Shown here: one piece after another, positions 39,541 to 48,657 of the stretch
Numbering within the stretch: position 1 is the stretch's first letter
How the letters are laid out: the number at the start of each line of letters is the position of its first letter
Notes under the pieces: generated by a model
Databases searched by the model: none
Told to the model about the DNA's origin: nothing
The model's input: the letters and a program-made list of their open reading frames with translations, nothing else
Made by a program: the position numbers and the translations under genes
Source of the DNA: Ardenticatenaceae bacterium
Lineage (GTDB): Bacteria > Chloroflexota > Anaerolineae > Promineifilales > Promineifilaceae
Length of the DNA: 64,000 nucleotides
Direction: 5' to 3'
Assembly: GCA_020634215.1 (NCBI GenBank)
Contig: JACKCD010000019.1
Coordinates: forward strand, 30,975-94,974

Positions 39541-42500
39541 ATGAGGCAATTAATACTCTCTTGTTACAATCCTTTTCTTATGGATAGACAGGTTCACGAC
39601 ACAAACAACCAAATGCCGTATGATGGCGAAGACGTTATTTCACAAATATATCTCAAGAATATTTATGATAATGTACGCTGGACGATTCTTAGCCTTCTTT
39701 GTGGTACGTTTGTTTATTTTTACCTGGCCTGGCAATTAAACGCCTGGCAGCTATATGTTGTTGGAGCCGTTTCTATTCTTGGCACCCTCATTGCTGCCAT
39801 CAACTTTTTCCCTTCGCTGGTTCTTTCCCCCAATGCACGAATTAGCTCGTTGATGTTGAGCAGCGAGATCATTGTTGTTGCTGGGGTGGTGCTGCTTGAA
39901 GGGATGGGTTGGATATTGGCATTCACCCTCATTTTGGCTTCGGGAACCATTTTGATGTTGAGTATGCGGCGGCCATCGTGGCAGTTTATTTTGCGTACAG
40001 CATTGGTGGCTCTCGTCTTAATAGGCAGTAATTGGCTTGAATTGCCGTTTCGGCTACCCATTAGAGAGATTGCGCTTTGGCAATATATCTTTGTGATCTT
40101 GGTTGCCGTTTTTGGTATTGCTCTACTCTATAACGTCTTTTGGAACTGGCGCAACCAGTCACTGCGAACGCGCCTCATTACGACTTTTGGCTTTGTGGCA
40201 ATGCTGACGATTTTAGGGGTAGCGATTTTCCTGAACCAGTCGGAGCGTGTGCTTTTGCAGACGCAAATGAGCAAGAGCCTTCAGCAGCGGGTTGGGGTGC
40301 AGGCGGCCTTTGTTTCCTCAACGTTGCAGCGCGAGGTGGGTGTGTTGCAGTCGCTGGGAAATGAACCGGCTTTGCAAGCTGTGTTGGCAAACGGCCGTTC
40401 TTCTGAATCAGCCGCACAAATTCTGCAAGCCATCTACGAAGCAAACGCCAGCTACCAAGCCCTTTGGCTGCTGGATGATAGCAAAGTTGTGGTGCAGGCA
40501 TCGGCCCCAACGGCCGTTTTTCCCGCCCAACCCACATGGCAGCCAACCGTGAACAGCGGGCAACCCTACCTAGGCGACCTGAAATTTATAGACGACCGCT
40601 ACGAATTGCTCATCGCCGTACCCATTCATGCGTCAGGCGAAACGGCCGTTATTGGCACACTCTTATTAAGCTACAATCTGCGCCACCTGCTTGATCAAAT
40701 GCGCTTGCTCGATCAAAACGCCGGTGGACAGTTGCAAATCGTAACGCCAGAAGGGGTAGTTGCGCTCAATAACCTGCTCGCCCCACCCACTCCTATTGAC
40801 CTCACACCCACCCAGATCAATCGGCTGCGGGCTGTTGATGCCTTAACCATCGAAAACAACCTGAACATTTTGGAGGTTATGAGTTTGTCGCCCGTTGTGG
40901 GGCGAACGGCCGTTAGCAACCTCCAATGGAACATCCTCCTCACCCTAGCCGAAACCCAAGCCTTTGCCATCAGCAACGAACAAGAAAATTATAACATCCT
41001 CATAGGCATGGTTGGAGCCATCGTCTCCATCATCATCTCCTTTTTCTTCAGCAACGCCTTTGTGCGCCCCATCTCTCGCCTAACCGAAGCCGCCATTCGC
41101 GTCACCGACGGCGATCTAAGTGCCACCGTAACCGTTGACACCAACAATGAAATTGGCGTTTTAGCCCGCGCCTTCAACACCATGACCTATCAGATTCGGG
41201 AAAACGTCAACGAACTGGAAGCCACAGTCGCCCGTCGCACCGCCGCCTTATCCCAGGCCAATGCCCAGCTAGGCAGCAGTGAATTGCGCTACCGCGCCCT
41301 GGCAACCCTTGTGGCTGATTATGCTGGCGTTGTTGTCGCCACGGCTGACGGCACGTTTGCCATTGACTGGCTGAGCGACCAGGCCAAATGGCTGTTGAGT
41401 GACGCGGTAGATGGAGATTTATCTCAGCTTTTGCGTAGCATTCATCCCGATGACCTGGAAGATGCTTTAGCCATGATTGACCGGGTGCAAAAAGGAGATC
41501 AAAGCTCGGTTGACCTTCGCTTTTACAACAAGCCAGACCGATTCCTGTGGCTGCGGGTTCATGCCTACGGCTTTGCTGACCCTGTGGACAGCAGCAAACA
41601 GCAAATTTATGTGGCTGCACAAGATATTACCAGCGAGCGGCAGACGCAGGAAGCGTTGAGCCAAGCCGAGCGGCTGCGTAGTGTAGGGGTTTTGGCTGGC
41701 GGCATTGCCCATGATTTTAATAATCTGCTGACTGGTATTTTGGGGCAGGCCTCTCTGGTGAAACTGCGGCTGCAGCAAAGGCGACCCATTGAAAAGAACA
41801 TAGACAGCGTGATTAAGGCGGCAGAGCACGCCGCTGATCTGACCCAAAAGCTGTTGGCCTATGCAGGTAAGGGACGTTTTGAGCTGCGGGTGATTGATAT
41901 AAACCAGCTTTTGGCCGACAATCGCTTATTTTTGCAGACACTCATTCCGGCGCGTGTTCGCTTTGTGCTGCAGCCGGCCGCTCACGCCGCCTACATTGAA
42001 GCCGATCCGGGGCAAATTCAGCAGGTGGTCATGAACCTGATCTTGAATGCGGTAAATGCCTGTGCGGAAAATGGGGGAGAGGTGCATGTGCAAACACGGC
42101 CGTTAATTGTGACCAACACTCCGCCACCAACCATTGCCGAAACGCCGCTGAAGCCGGGCGAATATCATACCCTGATTGTGCGTGACACGGGCAAAGGGAT
42201 GGATGAGACAGTTTTATCCCACATTTTTGAGCCCTTCTTCACCACTCGTGAAAACGGCCGTGGGTTAGGGCTGTCAGCCACTCTAGGCATCATTCAGGCG
42301 CATCATGGTGGGCTGCATGTTAGCAGTACGCCCGGCGTTGGCACCACATTTTACATCTATCTGCCCGCCACCAGTGCGCCATCAGCACCAAAGCCAGAGG
42401 CTCATACAACGGCCACGGTTTCCGCTACAGCCAACACGATCTTGCTCGTTGATGATGAAGCTTGGGTGCGTGATGTGGTTGAGGATGGTTTAACTTCTTT

Positions 42501-42795
42501 TGGCTTTCGGGTTTTTACCGCCGATAATGGTCGTGAAGGTTTAATTCTGCACAAGGCGCATCGAGAGCAGCTACAGCTTGTGATTGTTGATATGCAAATG
42601 CCATTGATGAGCGGAGCAGAATTTATTGAGCACATTCGCTATGAAGACCCTAACCTAAAGATTATTTTGTCTTCAGGCTATAGCGCGACAGATCTTGAGC
42701 CTTCGTTGTCAAATGATAGCCATATCTGGTTTTTACAAAAGCCTTACTCAGTGGAACAATTGGTTTGGGTAGTTAACCAGGTTTTGCAAGCATAA
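39541..42795 (+). CDS. Membrane-bound hybrid sensor histidine kinase (TM region, extracytoplasmic sensor, HAMP, PAS, HisKA, HATPase_c, REC)
   Basis: 1084 aa. N-terminal TM helices. HAMP-like FVRPISRLTEAAIRVTDGDL. GIAHDFNNLL H-box. DTGKGM/GRGLGL boxes. C-terminal ILLVDDEAW...VIVDMQMPLMSG REC. Confidence 0.9.
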   Translation: MRQLILSCYNPFLMDRQVHDTNNQMPYDGEDVISQIYLKNIYDNVRWTILSLLCGTFVYFYLAWQLNAWQLYVVGAVSILGTLIAAINFFPSLVLSPNARISSLMLSSEIIVVAGVVLLEGMGWILAFTLILASGTILMLSMRRPSWQFILRTALVALVLIGSNWLELPFRLPIREIALWQYIFVILVAVFGIALLYNVFWNWRNQSLRTRLITTFGFVAMLTILGVAIFLNQSERVLLQTQMSKSLQQRVGVQAAFVSSTLQREVGVLQSLGNEPALQAVLANGRSSESAAQILQAIYEANASYQALWLLDDSKVVVQASAPTAVFPAQPTWQPTVNSGQPYLGDLKFIDDRYELLIAVPIHASGETAVIGTLLLSYNLRHLLDQMRLLDQNAGGQLQIVTPEGVVALNNLLAPPTPIDLTPTQINRLRAVDALTIENNLNILEVMSLSPVVGRTAVSNLQWNILLTLAETQAFAISNEQENYNILIGMVGAIVSIIISFFFSNAFVRPISRLTEAAIRVTDGDLSATVTVDTNNEIGVLARAFNTMTYQIRENVNELEATVARRTAALSQANAQLGSSELRYRALATLVADYAGVVVATADGTFAIDWLSDQAKWLLSDAVDGDLSQLLRSIHPDDLEDALAMIDRVQKGDQSSVDLRFYNKPDRFLWLRVHAYGFADPVDSSKQQIYVAAQDITSERQTQEALSQAERLRSVGVLAGGIAHDFNNLLTGILGQASLVKLRLQQRRPIEKNIDSVIKAAEHAADLTQKLLAYAGKGRFELRVIDINQLLADNRLFLQTLIPARVRFVLQPAAHAAYIEADPGQIQQVVMNLILNAVNACAENGGEVHVQTRPLIVTNTPPPTIAETPLKPGEYHTLIVRDTGKGMDETVLSHIFEPFFTTRENGRGLGLSATLGIIQAHHGGLHVSSTPGVGTTFYIYLPATSAPSAPKPEAHTTATVSATANTILLVDDEAWVRDVVEDGLTSFGFRVFTADNGREGLILHKAHREQLQLVIVDMQMPLMSGAEFIEHIRYEDPNLKIILSSGYSATDLEPSLSNDSHIWFLQKPYSVEQLVWVVNQVLQA

Positions 42796-42858
42796 AGGTG
42801 ATAAATTTGGTACGTGGTGCGTGCTCATTGTGTTTGACGCACCACGCTAAAAGCAAAT

Positions 42859-44967
42859 TTAAACGGCCGTTGGCAACGTCAAATTAAACTGTGCCCCGCC
42901 CCCCGGCGCGTCATCTACCCAAATCTGCCCCCCATGGGCTTCCACGGCCAACCGACAAAACGCTAGTCCCAGCCCCAGCCCCTTTGACGACGTTTCGTCA
43001 TCCTTAATCCGCTGGAATTTTTCAAAAATCGTTTCGCGGTACCCCTTGGGAATCCCCTCTCCCTCATCGCTTACTGACAGGAAAAGCATGTTTTCCTTCT
43101 TGTCATCCCGCCGTGCCACAATGGTGATCCGCTTGTTGTCCAGGCTGTGCTTAATGGCATTGTCTACCAAATTGACCAGTACCCGCTGAATCATATCCTC
43201 TTCAATCCGCAGATGAGGAATGTCAGGCTCGATGTTGCTGGTAAAGACAATTTCCCGGCGTTCCAGATTGGGTGATTCAATTTCGTAAACATCCTCAATC
43301 AGCTTTTGCACCGGCACCTGCTTTAGCTCACGCACCGGGCTGCCCGCTTCCAGCCGGTCAATGTCCAGCAGTGAGCGGATGAGGGATTGCAGGTGATGAC
43401 TGCTGCGCTTGGCAATATCGAGCATGGACAGGAGGCTTTCGTCGCTGTCGGCCGGCATTTGGAATTTGATGAGTTCCAGGCTGGCGATGACATTGCCCAG
43501 CGGGCTTTGCAGGTCGTGGAACAGCATGGCCGTCAGGTCGCGGCGCATCTCTTCCAGTTCCACCTGTTTGGAAATGTCGTGGTGAATCCACTGAATCATG
43601 TCGTGGTCGCCAAAGCTGGTGCGCTTGGCGTAAATTTCCACGTGGATGGGGTGGCGATCCTTGGGTAGTGCCTGGCTGGTAAAAACGCGCACGCTGTCGC
43701 CACGTACCTGCTTGGCGGGGGGCAGGGTGGTGTCTGGCGGGTGCAGCTCGGAAATGTGCAGCCCAATCAGACTGTCGCGTGTGTAGCCAAAGAAGTTGAT
43801 GGCGCGGCGGTTGGCTTCCACAATATAGCCATCGAGGTCGGTGAGCAGAATGGGATCTACGCTGCCTTGGAAGAGGCTTTGGTAGCTGGCCTGGGCGGCC
43901 TGGGTGCGGGCAAACTGTTGGGCGTTGGCAATGGCGCTGCTGGCGATGTTGGCAAGGTTGATAAGGAGGTCGAGGTCTTCTTGGGTAAAACGGCCGTTAA
44001 TCGGATTAATCGCCTGAATCGTTCCCCACACCTCTCCCTTCGACTGTACTGGCGCACATAGCATGGCTCGCGTCACCGCTCCGGTGCGTTTGTCACCCAA
44101 ACGACCAAACCTCGAATCCTGGCTGGTGTCATTGACAATAAGTGGCTCGCTATGCTCCATCACCCAACCTGAAATGCCTTGGTTAGACGGCAGCCGCAGC
44201 CCCACGATCTTGTCGCTGCCCAGCCCTTCAGCCGTGCGGTAAACCAGTTCGTTGGTTTTCTTATCCACCAGCGCAATCGAAATGGCTTCGGCGTTGAGCA
44301 ACTCATTCATCTGCGTCAGCAAATGCTGCATAATTTCGTTAATATCGAGCGAGGAGTTAATAACCGAGCTGGCTTCCCGCAGCAGGTTGGTAATTTGAAG
44401 CTGCCGTATGGACTTTTCGTAAAGCCGCGCGTTTTGGATGGTGCTAGCCGTCAGACTAGAAATGGCGCTCAGCAGACTGAGGTCGCTGTCATCAAACTGG
44501 CTGGTGCCCGGTTTGTGAACGGTGATCGCTCCAATGGCCTGATTCCGCACCACAAACGGGGTACACATCACCGACAAGGATTCGACCGGGTACTTGTCGT
44601 CTGGCCGTGGCAGCCAGCGGCTGTCGTTGAGCGTATCGTGGATGACGCTTGGTTCCCGATTGCGAATGACCCAACCAGCTAGCCCATTGTGAATAATATC
44701 GCTTAGAAAAAGGGTAAATTGTTTGTTACTGTACTGGTCGTTGGCTAACCAGGCGTGCTCAACTTCTAGCTGCTCATCCACAACAATGATGCTGCCATCG
44801 CGGGCATCGAGTTGTTTGACGGCTACCTTGAGCACACGCGGTAAGATGGTGTTGATATCCAACCCATCAGCCGCGATTTGGTTGAGCATGTCGTTGACGA
44901 GATAGAGGGTTTGCAGCCGTTCGCTGTCTTTGACTTCACTTAGGAGTTCTGGATTCATTGTTTCCAT
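42859..44967 (-). CDS. GAF-GAF-PAS sensor histidine kinase
   Basis: 702 aa. H-box MLFHDLQSPLGNV. HATPase_c boxes LVDNAIKHS, DEGEGI, GLGLGLAF. Confidence 0.9.
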   Translation of the reverse strand: METMNPELLSEVKDSERLQTLYLVNDMLNQIAADGLDINTILPRVLKVAVKQLDARDGSIIVVDEQLEVEHAWLANDQYSNKQFTLFLSDIIHNGLAGWVIRNREPSVIHDTLNDSRWLPRPDDKYPVESLSVMCTPFVVRNQAIGAITVHKPGTSQFDDSDLSLLSAISSLTASTIQNARLYEKSIRQLQITNLLREASSVINSSLDINEIMQHLLTQMNELLNAEAISIALVDKKTNELVYRTAEGLGSDKIVGLRLPSNQGISGWVMEHSEPLIVNDTSQDSRFGRLGDKRTGAVTRAMLCAPVQSKGEVWGTIQAINPINGRFTQEDLDLLINLANIASSAIANAQQFARTQAAQASYQSLFQGSVDPILLTDLDGYIVEANRRAINFFGYTRDSLIGLHISELHPPDTTLPPAKQVRGDSVRVFTSQALPKDRHPIHVEIYAKRTSFGDHDMIQWIHHDISKQVELEEMRRDLTAMLFHDLQSPLGNVIASLELIKFQMPADSDESLLSMLDIAKRSSHHLQSLIRSLLDIDRLEAGSPVRELKQVPVQKLIEDVYEIESPNLERREIVFTSNIEPDIPHLRIEEDMIQRVLVNLVDNAIKHSLDNKRITIVARRDDKKENMLFLSVSDEGEGIPKGYRETIFEKFQRIKDDETSSKGLGLGLAFCRLAVEAHGGQIWVDDAPGGGAQFNLTLPTAV

Positions 44968-45156
44968 AGACCAAAATTAGACAATACGTATTCCACTACG
45001 ATGTTGTGATGATGAAGAATGTTTGATGATGACTCTCACGATACTGCTGCAATTGACACATCCGTTTTCTACCCGTTAATTGTGTTCTGGTCAAGCATTT
45101 GCTTTTATTAAACAGCCATTTCACCATTTTGTTCGTAAAAATAAAGATATTTCTGT

Positions 45157-46179
45157 CTAAATGAGACGTAAACTAGGAGTCACATCCAGGTTAAGGGTAT
45201 CAAAACGGCCGTTTTTGAAAGCCCAATACGCGGCTGCCCCAATCATGGCCGCGTTGTCGGTGCAAAGGACGGGGGGGGGGTAGCGCACGGGCAAATCAAT
45301 TTGCTGGCTCATCGCCTGGCGTAGCGCCCGGTTGGCCGACACCCCCCCCGCCAGATGAACGGCCGTTACCCCATGTTCCTGCGCCGCCTGCACCGTCTTG
45401 CTCACCAGCGACTCCACTACGGCGGCCTGAAAGCTGGCGGCCAAATCATTCACAGGCAGACGGTTGCTTTCAAATTTTTTGGTTTGGCGCAAAACGGCCG
45501 TTTTCAGCCCGCTAAAACTAAAATTATACCCATGCTCGCTCTGCATCACGGCGCGGGGGAAGCGGTACGCCTGCGCGTTGCCCTGCGTCGCTGCCTTGTC
45601 AATGGCCGGCCCACCCGGATACGGCAGCCCCAGCAGCCGCCCCACTTTGTCAAACGCCTCACCCGCCGCATCATCCAGCGTCCCACCCAAATGCTCATAC
45701 ACCCCGTGGTCACGCATCAAATAAAGCTCGGTATGGCCGCCGCTTACCACTAGCGTCAGCAGCGGAAATTCAATCTCCGCCGCCGCTTCCGTTAGCCACA
45801 GCGAATAGATGTGGCCTTCGATGTGGTTGACCCCAATCAGCGGTTTGCGCCGCGCCAGCGCCAGCCCTTTGGCGGCGTTCACCCCCACCAGCAGCGATCC
45901 TACCAGCCCCGGCCCCTTCGTCACGGCAATGGCATCAAGGTCGTCATAGCCGATGTGGGCCTGCTGCATTGCCTGCCGAATGACGGCATAAATTAGCTCC
46001 ACATGCTTGCGCGAAGCCACTTCAGGAAAAACCCCGCCGTACTTAGCGTGTAAATCGGTTTGGCTGGCGATCACGTTGCTGAGCATCCGCGTACCGTTTT
46101 CAACCACGGCGGCGGCGGTTTCATCACACGATGTTTCTATCGCCAGAATGCGAATCATTTGTTTTTCGGGGGTGACCAT
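45157..46179 (-). CDS. tsaD: tRNA N6-adenosine threonylcarbamoyltransferase TsaD
   Basis: 340 aa. ILAIETSCDETAAAVV, GVNHIEGH and SGGHTEL motifs. Confidence 0.95.
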   Translation of the reverse strand: MVTPEKQMIRILAIETSCDETAAAVVENGTRMLSNVIASQTDLHAKYGGVFPEVASRKHVELIYAVIRQAMQQAHIGYDDLDAIAVTKGPGLVGSLLVGVNAAKGLALARRKPLIGVNHIEGHIYSLWLTEAAAEIEFPLLTLVVSGGHTELYLMRDHGVYEHLGGTLDDAAGEAFDKVGRLLGLPYPGGPAIDKAATQGNAQAYRFPRAVMQSEHGYNFSFSGLKTAVLRQTKKFESNRLPVNDLAASFQAAVVESLVSKTVQAAQEHGVTAVHLAGGVSANRALRQAMSQQIDLPVRYPPPVLCTDNAAMIGAAAYWAFKNGRFDTLNLDVTPSLRLI

Positions 46180-46303
46180 AGGGCTAATTCTATCCTTAAG
46201 GGTGGGCTTACGTGTAAAACAGATTACTTTTTGCTTGCAAAAGTACCCACAAAGTTCATAAAAATCTCATATAGATTTATCGAGGTTGTTTATGCTTGTT
46301 TGC

Positions 46304-46383
46304 AGATAGAGATTAGGAGACTCGGAGATTAAGAGATTATTGGATAGCCGTAGTCTCCCAGTCTCTTAGTCTCTCAATCTCCC
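46304..46383. repeat. Inverted array of GAGAYT-core 8-nt-period repeats
   Basis: Left arm GAGATTAG GAGACTCG GAGATTAA GAGATTAT. Right arm is the imperfect complement and overlaps the last 5 codons of selA. Confidence 0.75.
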
Positions 46384-47760
46384 ACACTGCTGGAGAATTG
46401 CTTGCAGCAGCGTCTCTTCCTGATTAGGCAGCACGGTGCGGGGGTCGAGGAGAAAACGGCCGTTTTGAATGCGCCCAATCACCGGTGGGTTGTTGCCGCG
46501 CAGCCGCGCAGCCAGTTCATCCGGGTTGGGGTGGGGCAGGGCCAGCAGCGTGGTGGGCAAGCTGGTGCCAGGCAATGAGCCGCCGCCGACGGTCGAACGG
46601 CCGTTAATCACCTCACACTCAATCCCGCTCTCTGCCAGTCGGGTTGCCCATTGCTCCGCCCGTGCCGTAATGGCAGCCAGCGGTGCCGCAATCATCTGCC
46701 ACACCGGAATCTGGGTCGTGGCTTGTTCCGCCGCATAATGGCGCAGCGTGGCCGCCAATGCTGCCAGACACAGCTTGTCAGCTCGCACCGCCCGCGCCAG
46801 CGGATGCCGCTTTAGCTGGGCGATCAGGTCGGCGCGGCCGCACAAAATGCCCGCCTGCGGCCCCCCCAGCAGCTTGTCGCCGCTAAACGCCACCACATCA
46901 CACCCGGCTTCCAACCCCTCCGTCACCGTCGGCTCTGGCTCCAGCCCATAGGGAGCCACGTCCAGCAGCGCCCCGCTCCCCTGGTCATAGAGCAGGGGCA
47001 ACTGGTGGGCGTGTGCCAGTTCGGCCAGTTCGGCCAGCGTTGGTTCGCTGGTAAAGCCGATGATTTTGTAGTTGGAGTGGTGGGCAACCAAAATGGCGGC
47101 GGTGTTGGCGCTGATGGCGTTGGCGTAGTCGCGCAGGTGGGTTTTGTTGGTGGTGCCAACTTCCACCAGCTTAGCCCCCGACTGCACCATCACGTCGGGG
47201 ATGCGGAAGCCGCCGCCGATTTCGACAAGCTGCCCCCGGCTGATGATGACTTCGCGCCCCTGGCAAAGGGTGGTGAGCATGAGCAGGACGGCGGCGGCGT
47301 TGTTGTTGACGACGAGGGAGGCGGCGGAGCCGGTAATCTGGTTGAGCAGTTGTTCGCCGTGGATGGTGCGGGAGCCGCGCTGTCCGGCTTCGGGGTCGTA
47401 TTCGAGGGTGGAGTAGGTGGAAGAAACGGCCGTTATTGCCGCCACTGCCCCCTCACTCAGCGGTGCCCGCCCCAAATTGGTGTGGACAATTACCCCCGTG
47501 CCGTTGATCACCGGTCGTAATGTGGCCCCAAACTGGTCGTCCAGCCACGCCTGCGCCAGCCCTAACAGGTCGCTGGCCGTTATGCTACCGTTCCCGCCGG
47601 ACAAAATGTGCTGTCGCCGCTGGTCAAGGGTATGGCGCAACGCTTCGGTGGTCAATAAACGGCCGTATTCCCCCACCAGCCCCTCCGCTTGCAGCAGCAA
47701 TTTGTCCACGCTGGGCAGGTGACGTAAAAGGGAGCGATTATTGGGGTTATCGTTGTTCAT
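46366..47760 (-). CDS. selA: L-seryl-tRNA(Sec) selenium transferase SelA
   Basis: 464 aa. N-terminal LRHLPSVDKLL. PLP-lysine region VAFSGDKLLGGPQAG. Confidence 0.9.
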   Translation of the reverse strand: MNNDNPNNRSLLRHLPSVDKLLLQAEGLVGEYGRLLTTEALRHTLDQRRQHILSGGNGSITASDLLGLAQAWLDDQFGATLRPVINGTGVIVHTNLGRAPLSEGAVAAITAVSSTYSTLEYDPEAGQRGSRTIHGEQLLNQITGSAASLVVNNNAAAVLLMLTTLCQGREVIISRGQLVEIGGGFRIPDVMVQSGAKLVEVGTTNKTHLRDYANAISANTAAILVAHHSNYKIIGFTSEPTLAELAELAHAHQLPLLYDQGSGALLDVAPYGLEPEPTVTEGLEAGCDVVAFSGDKLLGGPQAGILCGRADLIAQLKRHPLARAVRADKLCLAALAATLRHYAAEQATTQIPVWQMIAAPLAAITARAEQWATRLAESGIECEVINGRSTVGGGSLPGTSLPTTLLALPHPNPDELAARLRGNNPPVIGRIQNGRFLLDPRTVLPNQEETLLQAILQQCGRLRD

Positions 47761-47767
47761 ACGAGAG

Positions 47768-47838
47768 AGTAATCGGTAATCAGTAATCGGTAATCAGTGA
47801 CCTCGTTACTGATTACCGATTACCGATTACTGATTACT
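47768..47838. repeat. Inverted array of GTAATC-core heptamer repeats (long hairpin)
   Basis: AGTAATC GGTAATC AGTAATC GGTAATC AGT - loop - complement. Lies between the selA start and the stop of the upstream membrane-protein gene. Confidence 0.85.
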
Positions 47839-48310
47839 GTAGCTGTGCGGCCCGCGTGCGGACTTGCAGCAGAAATTCAAACAAAATAAAGACGACTGCT
47901 ACCAAAATGACGATGGCGATGCCGAGGGTGCGGTTCATTTGCAGCCAGGTACAGAAGGCGATCCACAGCCCCACCCACATCGCCTGCCGCAGCGTGAGCA
48001 GGAAGCCGGGGGTTTGGCTAGAGCCGCTGAACCGTTTGTTGAGGAAAAAGACAAAGGGCAGCACCAGCCCGGTGACGGCCACGAGGACGGCGGCGAGAAA
48101 GGCGAGGATGATTTCGCTGTTGGCGGCGGCCATCAGGGTGGGGGCATCAATGGTGCCTTGCGCCGTAGCCCGCACCAAATCCAGCCGCTCCACGTCAAAC
48201 GGCCACCAGTTGTCCACAATGTGGTTGAGCGACAGCAGCCCCAGCCCCAGCAGGCTGAGGCCAAACAGCAGGGAGGGGATGACGCCGAGGCGGGTGAGGA
48301 ATCCTTTCAT
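47834..48310 (-). CDS. Small integral membrane protein of unknown function
   Basis: 158 aa with four hydrophobic segments. No motif recognised. The same-length plus-strand ORFs are shadows. Confidence 0.55.
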   Translation of the reverse strand: MKGFLTRLGVIPSLLFGLSLLGLGLLSLNHIVDNWWPFDVERLDLVRATAQGTIDAPTLMAAANSEIILAFLAAVLVAVTGLVLPFVFFLNKRFSGSSQTPGFLLTLRQAMWVGLWIAFCTWLQMNRTLGIAIVILVAVVFILFEFLLQVRTRAAQLQ

Positions 48311-48395
48311 AGGGGTGATTATACTTGAGTAGGGGCGTATTGCATACGCCCTTATCCCTTTCCCGCAATTCTCAGTTTAGCCCACGCCTTTGGCA

Positions 48396-48560
48396 GGGGC
48401 GGGATGACCGGGGGTAAAGCTGGCAACGCCGCTGGCCTTTTCTCCCGGTCGTCTCGCCCATGTATTGTCCAAACACACCGTTTTCGGCCACCACAAGGGC
48501 GAGACGGCGCGGAGACAGCACCATTTGTTCACCTTGCGCTTATCCGCGCCATCCCGCCCC
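48396..48560 (+). ncRNA. Candidate structured RNA or DNA element: perfect four-way junction (cloverleaf) of unknown class
   Basis: P1 48396-48406/48550-48560 (11 bp). P2 48407-48414/48442-48449 (8 bp, one G-U). P3 48450-48459/48497-48506 (10 bp). P4 48507-48513/48543-48549 (7 bp). The helices abut with no unpaired junction nucleotides. Confidence 0.45.
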
Positions 48561-48657
48561 CACCCTTAGCTGGCCCTTTGAACCGGATTTTTGGGGTTGA
48601 AAGCGCGGCTACAACCTGCTAGACTGCTGCCAACCAAACCGCCAGAGGCACTGCCCG

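Noticed and set aside
48404-48622. 72-aa plus-strand ORF covering the junction element
   Set aside because: No RBS and a low-complexity Gly/Ala/Pro/Arg composition. The nested base-pairing explains the sequence better than coding does.
48311-48657. tRNA-Sec, tmRNA or a known riboswitch in the intergenic region near selA
   Set aside because: There is no T-loop (GTTCGAATC-like) or UCA anticodon arm. The helix lengths (11/8/10/7 bp) and large loops do not fit a tRNA, and I found no conserved riboswitch core sequences. It is kept only as an unclassified structured element.
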